Positions 28,016-35,033 of a DNA stretch of 58,517 nt are shown here, one piece after another (positions within the stretch are counted from its first letter, which is position 1; each line of letters begins with the position of its first letter). The position numbers and the translations under genes were made by a program. The stretch lies in the NCBI GenBank assembly GCA_036477295.1, contig JAZGDE010000048.1, positions 1 through 58,517 on the forward strand. Direction: 5' to 3'. The DNA is from Bacteroidota bacterium. Lineage in GTDB: Bacteria > Bacteroidota > Ignavibacteria > UBA10030 > JAZGDE01. The notes beneath the pieces are model-generated. The model worked only from the letters and a program-made list of their open reading frames with translations, ran no database searches and was not told where the DNA came from.

Positions 28016-28180
28016 ATGAAGCAGGTCAACTTTCGACAGAAGAAGTTCGTGCAGCCACGCCAGTCAATTCAGAAAAGCCTGATCAAAGCCCAGCGTGTGA
28101 AGCGCCAGGAGATTTCTCATCGGCTCAAGCAGACTTCACGGGAAGAAAAGAAAGGCGTGAAGAACCGCAAAGCGCACTAA
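28016..28180 (+). CDS. possible small, highly basic protein (54 aa)
   Basis: ATG 4 nt after the NtrC-like stop, preceded by AAGGA. Sequence MKQVNFRQKKFVQPRQSIQK...KKGVKNRKAH. It is below the ORF-track cutoff and I recognise no family. Confidence 0.3.
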   Translation: MKQVNFRQKKFVQPRQSIQKSLIKAQRVKRQEISHRLKQTSREEKKGVKNRKAH

Positions 28181-28986
28181 TCCTGGTGACTCCGTTTCCG
28201 CACGGCCTCGTACAGAATGAGTGCACCCGCGACGGAGGCATTCAGAGACTGAACCTTTCCAAGCATCGGTATCCTGACGAGAAAATCACACTTCTCCTTC
28301 ACGAGTCGCCGAATGCCCCTTCCTTCGTTTCCGATGACGACCGCGACGGGCATCGTGTAGTCCAGGTCGTAGAACAGCCGGTCCCCCTCGGGATCTGCCC
28401 CAACGACCCACAAGCCTTCGCTCTTCAATTCGTCCAGTGTCTGCGTAATGTTGGTGACCTTTGCCACGCGCATGTGCTCGATAGCACCGGCGGAAGTTTT
28501 CGAGACGGTGTGCGTGATCGGGGCAGCGTGATGCTTGGGAACCACCACTCCGTGAACGGCTGCCGATTCTGCCGTTCGGATGAGCGCGCCGATGTTGTGG
28601 GGGTCGTCGAGTTCATCCAGGACGAGGACAAAGGGGGGTTCGTTGCGTTCCCTGGCGTGTTGGAGGATTTGGTCCACGGAGAGGTAGGCCTTCGTCTCGA
28701 CGATGGCGACGACTCCCTGCGTCGTCGCATCGCTGACGAGTTCGCGAAATCGCTGCTTGTTGACTTCAACGCAGGGGACTCCGCTCTGCCGCGCGAGAGC
28801 CTTGATCCGCTCGATGGCACTTCCTTTCGCACCGTAGAGGAATACGACCTTTTCGATAGCCGCGCCCGCACGAAGCGCTTCCATCACCGGATTACGACCG
28901 GCTATCAGTTCGCTCGATGGTCCCTCCCGGACGTTCGCTCTTTGTGTTTCCACCGCACGCTCCTTCCATTCAAACTCATGTCTCAT
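28177..28986 (-). CDS. rlmB: 23S rRNA (guanosine-2'-O)-methyltransferase RlmB (SpoU/TrmH family)
   Basis: SpoU_sub_bind-like N-domain (GRNPVMEAL) plus SpoU motifs LDELDDPHNIGALIRTA, VIGNEGRGI and SLNASVA. Confidence 0.85.
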   Translation of the reverse strand: MRHEFEWKERAVETQRANVREGPSSELIAGRNPVMEALRAGAAIEKVVFLYGAKGSAIERIKALARQSGVPCVEVNKQRFRELVSDATTQGVVAIVETKAYLSVDQILQHARERNEPPFVLVLDELDDPHNIGALIRTAESAAVHGVVVPKHHAAPITHTVSKTSAGAIEHMRVAKVTNITQTLDELKSEGLWVVGADPEGDRLFYDLDYTMPVAVVIGNEGRGIRRLVKEKCDFLVRIPMLGKVQSLNASVAGALILYEAVRKRSHQD

Positions 28987-29178
28987 CGTCGCTACTGGAA
29001 CCTCAGAGTCTTGCTGGATCCCCTGCCCTTGTATGACCTACGATCCCGTGCCAAAGGCATCCACGAAGTGGTCACTTCGTGACACTTCGTGAGTGGATCG
29101 CTTCGCGGGCGGCTTCGCCCCGCACTATGTAGCAGGGAGGTCGTTCCGAAGGAATGCCTTCGGCATAGACCGAATTCC

Positions 29179-29388
29179 CTACGGGACCGTCGGTCTTTGG
29201 GGCTTGCCCCCAGCCATTCGGGGCTTATCAGACCATCGGCCGAGGAGCCATCCGACCGAAAAAAAACCGATTCCGATCAGCGTCAGGTAGAGTTCTTTCC
29301 ACATATCGTCCTGGGTGAGACCGACTACCAGTCCGATCATCACTTCGGCGATTCCAATGGCCTGCAATAATCTAGAAACAAACTTCAT
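29179..29388 (-). CDS. possible small two-TM membrane protein
   Basis: 69-aa ORF with two hydrophobic segments (IGIAEVMIGLVVGL, LTLIGIGFFSVGWLLG), co-directional with grx/lgt. Confidence 0.35.
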   Translation of the reverse strand: MKFVSRLLQAIGIAEVMIGLVVGLTQDDMWKELYLTLIGIGFFSVGWLLGRWSDKPRMAGGKPQRPTVP

Positions 29389-29394
29389 CGAGAT

Positions 29395-29649
29395 TCAGTT
29401 CTTTCCTTCGTTCTTCCCCGTTAACAAATTCCGCAGTTTTTCTTCATCCACTCGATAGCGAAATGTAAACTTCTTCCCGACATAGATAACCGGAATCGAT
29501 TCCTTGAACTGATCGTACCAGGGATCTCCCGGAGTAATCTTGACCTCGCTGAGGTCGAAGGGGATTTCCTTCCTGACCTGCTCCAGTACACTTCTCGCCT
29601 GATCGCAGAGGTAGCAGTCCTGTTTTGAATATAACTCGACAAGGATCAC
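29395..29649 (-). CDS. glutaredoxin-like protein (DUF836 type)
   Basis: 84 aa with a CYLC redox motif in a thioredoxin-fold context (VELYSKQDCYLCDQA ... IPVIYV). 4-nt overlap with lgt. Confidence 0.75.
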   Translation of the reverse strand: MILVELYSKQDCYLCDQARSVLEQVRKEIPFDLSEVKITPGDPWYDQFKESIPVIYVGKKFTFRYRVDEEKLRNLLTGKNEGKN

Positions 29650-30476
29650 TTTGCAACCTCCGCTTCGCCGCGTTTTCCTTTTTTCAAGTGCAGAACGCCG
29701 TAAACACCGAGCGCCAGGAGGACCACGGAGATCAGTTGCGCTTCGGAAAGCCCAAGAAACATTCTCGGGTTGATGCGAATGAACTCGATGACGAACCGTT
29801 CGAGAGCGGCGGCCGCGAGGTAGATCATGAACAGCGTTCCGTCCGGTTTGGTGCGCTTGCGGATTTTCCAGAGGAAGAGAAAGATCAGGACCACTGCGAG
29901 AAATTCATAGATCGGAGTCGGGTGGAGAGGCGTGGTGTCGGGCACGATCCCGCCCGGAAACCTATTCGCGACCTCGGGCAGCTGTAGAAATGCGATAGAC
30001 GGTGGATAGGTACCTCTGGAGTAGTCCGTTCCCCATGGGAGTTCGGTCGGCAATCCATAGTCTCCGTCGCCGGCGAGATGACACCCGATTCGCGCGATGC
30101 CGTATCCGAGTATCAAGGCCGGCGCAACCGCGTCCATCACCTTGAGCACGTCGACTTTCTTCTTATACTTGATGTACCAGTAATTGAACGCGAAGGCAAG
30201 AAGCAGGCCACCGTAGAAAGTCAGTCCTCCCGGGGAGAGTGCAATGCTGGGGTCGACCACGAATCTGTCCCACTGCTCGATGAGATAGTGAATCTTGGCG
30301 CCGATGATGCCAAAGATCACGGCCAGGAGCGTCACATTACTGCCGATGTTGTAGTCGATCCGCTTTCGCTTGAGCTCCATCGTGAAGACATAGCTTGCGA
30401 TGATGAAGCCGAGGGCGAGCATCATCCCGTAACTGTAGATCGTCAAGGGACCAATTTTGAAAAGTTCAGGGTACAT
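29646..30476 (-). CDS. lgt: prolipoprotein diacylglyceryl transferase
   Basis: Multi-TM 276-aa ORF with Lgt motifs (IYSYGMMLALGF, GARIGCHLAGDG, PTPIYE). Confidence 0.9.
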   Translation of the reverse strand: MYPELFKIGPLTIYSYGMMLALGFIIASYVFTMELKRKRIDYNIGSNVTLLAVIFGIIGAKIHYLIEQWDRFVVDPSIALSPGGLTFYGGLLLAFAFNYWYIKYKKKVDVLKVMDAVAPALILGYGIARIGCHLAGDGDYGLPTELPWGTDYSRGTYPPSIAFLQLPEVANRFPGGIVPDTTPLHPTPIYEFLAVVLIFLFLWKIRKRTKPDGTLFMIYLAAAALERFVIEFIRINPRMFLGLSEAQLISVVLLALGVYGVLHLKKGKRGEAEVAK

Positions 30477-30643
30477 GGAACAATGATTGGCTGAGCAATG
30501 AATTTTTTGTTACTTCTTAGTTCGTAAGAGATTTACGAAACTCTCGCTCGATCCTATAATACCACAATTCATTGTGGTGGCAGATCGCTAGAATACGACA
30601 TCAAATCCTTTCGACGGTTTAATGTTAAATCGATGAATCGAGG

Positions 30644-30659
30644 TGCATTCATTGTGCCA
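30644..30659 (-). promoter_or_regulatory. candidate sigma54 -24/-12 promoter upstream of lgt
   Basis: The minus strand reads TGGCACaatgaATGCA with GG-N10-GC spacing, ~165 nt upstream of the lgt ATG. Confidence 0.3.
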
Positions 30660-30726
30660 CCACCATTTACTACTTTGATATAAAAACCCGCGCCTCGCAT
30701 AGCAGTAGGTTGTAACATTTTCTTAG

Positions 30727-31113
30727 CTAGAGTTGTACGACGAGTTCGACGAATTTTTTTTCCGGCGCTTTTTCCACGGTTACAGATTCTCCTCTCACGT
30801 TGATCAGGAAACTGTTCTCCTCTCCGTCGGACTTGCTGACGACGATCTCATACCGTCCTATGAGGTGAGGGAATTCTATCGAGAACGTTGCAGGTCCCGA
30901 ACGAGGGAGAGCGACCCCCGGCGTCTGCAGTCCTTTGATGCCAAATCGAATTTCCTTCTCCCGGATTTCAGTCTCGACGCTGATGAGGTACTGAAAGCTC
31001 CGGAATTCTTTGACGGTTTGCAGTGTGAACACGAACGCCGGGACGTCCTCGCTTTTCTTTCGACTGAGGATAAGTTGATATTCGGCCGGCGCACGTTTAA
31101 GGATCTTTCGCAT
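30727..31113 (-). CDS. hypothetical protein
   Basis: 128-aa ORF 7 nt downstream of hisS on the same strand. I recognise no family. Confidence 0.5.
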   Translation of the reverse strand: MRKILKRAPAEYQLILSRKKSEDVPAFVFTLQTVKEFRSFQYLISVETEIREKEIRFGIKGLQTPGVALPRSGPATFSIEFPHLIGRYEIVVSKSDGEENSFLINVRGESVTVEKAPEKKFVELVVQL

Positions 31114-31119
31114 GTCGGG

Positions 31120-32466
31120 TCACCGGGATTTCAGATGGTCGAGAATTCGATCGAACTCCACGGTTTCCTCTGTCCCGGTTTCCATGTCTCGAAGGGTAGC
31201 CCGTCGTTCGTTCAGCTCTTTCTCCCCGACAATGGCCACAAACTTCGCCTTTTGACGGTCTGCCTCTTTCATCTGCGCCTTCAGACTCCGCCGCAGAAAA
31301 TCAACTTCGCAGCCAACTCCCGACGTTCGGAATTCGATGGCTTTCTCAAACGCCCACATGCGACCGGCCTCGTCCGTGGCAGCGAGAAACAGTATGGGCG
31401 CGAAGTCTTCCCCGAAATTGTATTTCTGCTTATCTAACACCATGAGGAGTCTTTCCATTCCCGCGGCAAAACCGACCGCGGGGGTCTCCTTGCCACCAAG
31501 CTCTTTGACGAGCAGGTCATAGCGTCCTCCTCCCGCGAGGGCATCCTGAGAGCCGAGGTTCGGACTGATGATCTCGTACGCCGTTTTGGTGTAGTAGTCG
31601 AGGCCGCGCACGATACGGCCGTCGACCTCAAACTTTACACCAATTTTTCGGAGGTGTTCTTGCAGGACTTGAAAATGATCAGCGCACTCAGTGCAGAGAA
31701 GGTCCTTCATCAATGGAGCATCGACGGTGAGTTTTTGATCTGATTCATTCTTCGAATCGAGAACACGGAGCGCATTGCTCTGGAAGCGCTGCTGGCTCTC
31801 GGCCGAAAGTTTCGACAGCATCGGTTCCAGGAACCTTTTCAAGATTTCCCGATACCCTGGTCGGCAAAGTTGACATCCCACGGAATTAATCCTCAGTAAA
31901 GTGTTCTGGATGCCCAGGCGCTCATAGATGGAAAGATTCAACGCAATGAGTTCCGCATCGACCTCGGGGTGCGGACTGCCGATAGTCTCTGCGCCGAATT
32001 GGTGGAACTGACGAAAACGGCCTGCCTGAGGTCTCTCCTGACGGAACATCGGCGCAATGTAGAAGACCTTTACCAAGGGCCGCTGTTGACCCAGATTGTT
32101 TTGAATATAGGCGCGAACGACGCTCGCGGTCATTTCTGGCTTCAGGGTTAGGCTCGTGTCGCTCCGGTCATTGAAGGTGTACATCTCTTTTTCGACGATG
32201 TCCGTGAGTTCACCGATGCTACGGGCAAACAGTCCGGTCTCTTCAAACACTGGTGTGCGAATCTCTCTGTAATTCCAGAGATGCATCACCTCGTGGATGA
32301 TGTTTTCCACCGACCGCCACTTAGAGGATTCACTGGGAAGGATGTCTTTGGCGCCGCGTATTCCTCTGTATTTCACAGCAAATTCCTCGATACGATGCTC
32401 TGAATGTGTCTTACAGTTCCGGTTTTTTTCCGGTCCGAATTTCGATGCCTGATTCGTTCCTAACAT
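31120..32466 (-). CDS. hisS: histidine--tRNA ligase
   Basis: Class II aaRS motifs (RGAKDILP, FRQERPQAGRFRQFHQFG, GGGRYD) plus an anticodon-binding domain. The true start may be the GTG at 32376 (VKYRGIRG...). Confidence 0.9.
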   Translation of the reverse strand: MLGTNQASKFGPEKNRNCKTHSEHRIEEFAVKYRGIRGAKDILPSESSKWRSVENIIHEVMHLWNYREIRTPVFEETGLFARSIGELTDIVEKEMYTFNDRSDTSLTLKPEMTASVVRAYIQNNLGQQRPLVKVFYIAPMFRQERPQAGRFRQFHQFGAETIGSPHPEVDAELIALNLSIYERLGIQNTLLRINSVGCQLCRPGYREILKRFLEPMLSKLSAESQQRFQSNALRVLDSKNESDQKLTVDAPLMKDLLCTECADHFQVLQEHLRKIGVKFEVDGRIVRGLDYYTKTAYEIISPNLGSQDALAGGGRYDLLVKELGGKETPAVGFAAGMERLLMVLDKQKYNFGEDFAPILFLAATDEAGRMWAFEKAIEFRTSGVGCEVDFLRRSLKAQMKEADRQKAKFVAIVGEKELNERRATLRDMETGTEETVEFDRILDHLKSR

Positions 32467-32549
32467 TCTTTTCCATGCTCAATGTTTCCTCAAACGAGCT
32501 AGCGGAGTGTGGCGAACTCTAAAGGCGACATCAAATGAGTGAGCGTCCA

Positions 32550-33098
32550 TTAGCGTTTTGTTATATGAAGTTCACTTCTATTTTGCAGTATCTTGGCTAG
32601 TTCACTAATTCGAGCAATATGATGATCATCATGTTCTGCCATAAAATAAGTCCAATCAACGATTCGCATTGGCTTATCTAAACGAGGATGGAGGGAAAAT
32701 CGTGCAACCTCTCCTTCATCAAGTCGCTCAAGTTTGTCTACTAATCCTTGACGACTTCTACGAAATTGCCTTAAGAGATTTTGCATCGAATTCGAGTTAT
32801 GATTCGCTTCGTTTGTTTTGCGATTCTGCATGTCTGCTGGAGTAAGTACCTCTGAGTGAGAAAGAAAATCAGCTAATCTACTCTCCCCCAATGTCTCTAA
32901 ATCGAACAAATGACCGACATTCTCTTGAATTGACCAGCTATTATTAACTCTCATGGTAAGTAGATCAATTGGCAGTTTATTTATTATGTCTTCCAATCTT
33001 GCTGGTGTTCCACGCAAGCGTTCAATGATGCAGGGGAAAATTCCTGTAGGAAAATTAAACTCAAATTCACGCTCAGTCCAGTTCGTTTTCTTTATCAC
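32550..33098 (-). CDS. DinB-family (DinB_2-like) protein
   Basis: 182 aa with the four-helix-bundle His pattern (NVGHLFD ... MAEHDDHHIARI). Lies in the AT-rich islet. Confidence 0.7.
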   Translation of the reverse strand: MIKKTNWTEREFEFNFPTGIFPCIIERLRGTPARLEDIINKLPIDLLTMRVNNSWSIQENVGHLFDLETLGESRLADFLSHSEVLTPADMQNRKTNEANHNSNSMQNLLRQFRRSRQGLVDKLERLDEGEVARFSLHPRLDKPMRIVDWTYFMAEHDDHHIARISELAKILQNRSELHITKR

Positions 33099-33321
33099 AT
33101 CGCTTCCTTTATCTTAAGTTAATCGAACTTCAGAGGAGTTCTTTTCGTGTGAGTACTTTGTGTACGCATTGATCCCTACAATTCATCAATCAGAGCGTTT
33201 TGTTCGTGGTTAATCATTCCGATATTTTAGGCTTCCCATCTTGCATAACGGGCGAACAAAAATCCAGTTATGAAGTGCGAGCAATTGACATTTCACACGA
33301 TTTTATATGTAGTTTTTTGAG

Positions 33322-34131
33322 TCAATACCATTTTTTGCGGGGCGTGATTAAATAGTACCCACAAGTCGTTAGATAATTCCTCAAGTACGGTACTTTCGCA
33401 ACAAAACTCAATTGTTTTCTTGGTCGTAATTTAAATTTGTATTCGTATATAGGATTAATTAAGTATAATTCTTTCGTAACAATCTCGTAGGCTGCCTTAT
33501 GTATAATGCTCTCAAATTTTTCAATTGATATGCCAGTTTCTTTTGCCTCCATCAGTCCCTTAATTATATTATCATTCTCACCAAAGAGCTTCAAAACTCC
33601 CTTGTATACAAAATTAGGAAGTAAATGGAAAAAAGGGGTTCTGGACAATATCTTACTCCGGCAGGTTTGTTGATGACCACCGAAGGGCATTTGCCAAGGT
33701 GGAAATGCGATATATATATACCCATTGGGTTTAAGAAATTTTTTCAGAATTGCCATTAGTTTTCCTTGATCGTGAATATGTTCAATGACGTCTTTCAAAA
33801 CAATCAAGTCAAACTTTGAGGTGAATATTTTCTCTAAATTGACATCATATATATCTTTTTTGATGAGAGTTACTGTTTGATTTTCTATTTCTTGTTTTAA
33901 GAAAACCTTCGCAAGATTAAACATGTTTTCACTGATTTCTACACCTGTTCCAATAAAGTCTTTATCGAGGAACGCTTTTAAGACACCACCTTCTCCGCAA
34001 CCAATTTCCAAAACTTGACTTCCTTTGTTGGTTGAAAGTTTTGCTTCAATAAAGGGAATCACATATTGAGAAGTGTTCATTCGTTGGTGTTCAAAATATA
34101 GTTCTCTATCGTTGTGAAAATAGTATGTCAT
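33322..34131 (-). CDS. class I SAM-dependent methyltransferase
   Basis: Motif I VLEIGCGEGG, plus DLIVLKDVIEH. Lies in the AT-rich islet. Confidence 0.8.
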   Translation of the reverse strand: MTYYFHNDRELYFEHQRMNTSQYVIPFIEAKLSTNKGSQVLEIGCGEGGVLKAFLDKDFIGTGVEISENMFNLAKVFLKQEIENQTVTLIKKDIYDVNLEKIFTSKFDLIVLKDVIEHIHDQGKLMAILKKFLKPNGYIYIAFPPWQMPFGGHQQTCRSKILSRTPFFHLLPNFVYKGVLKLFGENDNIIKGLMEAKETGISIEKFESIIHKAAYEIVTKELYLINPIYEYKFKLRPRKQLSFVAKVPYLRNYLTTCGYYLITPRKKWY

Positions 34132-34493
34132 ATGGCTTTTCTAGGTGAAGAAGCAAACATAACTCGGTCAGGCGCGAACTGTAAGTACACTTGGAACGTG
34201 GCGTAGTGTGCGGAGTCGGCACTTACATGGCATTCGATCAGTCCTTCTGGAGTTCCTGTTTTGAGGTGAGGAGCGGAGATCCTCGATACCAGGTGCGCTC
34301 CTTTTTTGTCACTGTGGGTGTGGCGAAGACTTTCGTTATTAATTCGAATTCTGACTTGCCCTGGAATCAGCTGTCTTTTTACGCAAGCGTCTGGGGAAAG
34401 TAACAGAGAGACACTATTCCGCTCCGCGACTCCTGATGACAATCGTGTTGTTGAGGAAAAATCTGCTTGGGAAAGGTCCCTATCATATGTCAA
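34128..34493 (-). CDS. doubtful hypothetical ORF
   Basis: 121-aa ORF filling the ptsN-methyltransferase spacer, with ATGA overlap with the methyltransferase start. No recognisable motifs, and its composition differs from the islet. Confidence 0.25.
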   Translation of the reverse strand: MTYDRDLSQADFSSTTRLSSGVAERNSVSLLLSPDACVKRQLIPGQVRIRINNESLRHTHSDKKGAHLVSRISAPHLKTGTPEGLIECHVSADSAHYATFQVYLQFAPDRVMFASSPRKAI

Positions 34494-34953
34494 AGTAACT
34501 TGCTTCTTCGTGTCGGAAGGTTTCGAGAATCTCTCGTGCAGTCCTCGTCTCGAGCAGTTTCGTCCGGAACTCCTCTTTGTTCATCAGCCGCGAGATCCGG
34601 CTGAGCAACTTAATGTGGGGTCCGACCGTGCTATCTTTTCCCACGAGCAAGAACACAAGCCGGACTGGCTGTTCGTCGAGGGATTGGTAATCGATGGGCT
34701 TCTCGGTGATTGCAAATGCAGCGACGGTGTCTGTGACGGCCTCGGTCTTTCCGTGCGGGATCGCAAATCCGTTGCCGACGCCAGTCGACATAATCTTCTC
34801 GCGCTCGAAGATGGCCTCTCGGACTTTTGTCCTGTCGAGAACTTTCTCCGACCCGCTCACGAGGTCGATCATCGCGTCGAGGATCTGCTCTTTCGTGTTC
34901 GCCTCGAGATGGGGGCTGACGAGCTGTTCCGTGAGGATCTCACTGATTTTCAT
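34483..34953 (-). CDS. ptsN: PTS EIIA(Ntr)-type nitrogen regulatory protein
   Basis: 156 aa with the phosphorylatable-His motif GNGFAIPHG and the LVFLLVG segment typical of EIIA fructose/mannitol/Ntr. Confidence 0.8.
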   Translation of the reverse strand: MKISEILTEQLVSPHLEANTKEQILDAMIDLVSGSEKVLDRTKVREAIFEREKIMSTGVGNGFAIPHGKTEAVTDTVAAFAITEKPIDYQSLDEQPVRLVFLLVGKDSTVGPHIKLLSRISRLMNKEEFRTKLLETRTAREILETFRHEEASYFDI

Positions 34954-35033
34954 CGGACGCTTTCATCTCCTCAAGGAGTTGTCAACCTTGGGACAGGTCT
35001 CGTTGGCGGTGCATAGTCCGTGATTGCTTACCA

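Noticed and set aside
27874-29082. 402-aa plus-strand ORF
   Set aside because: It overlaps the NtrC-like 3' end and is antisense to rlmB, with no motifs. The rlmB SpoU motifs are on the other strand.
30733-31437. 234-aa plus-strand ORF
   Set aside because: It is antisense to the hypothetical 128-aa gene and hisS.
34306-35016. 236-aa plus-strand ORF
   Set aside because: It is antisense to ptsN, whose phospho-His motif GNGFAIPHG is on the minus strand.
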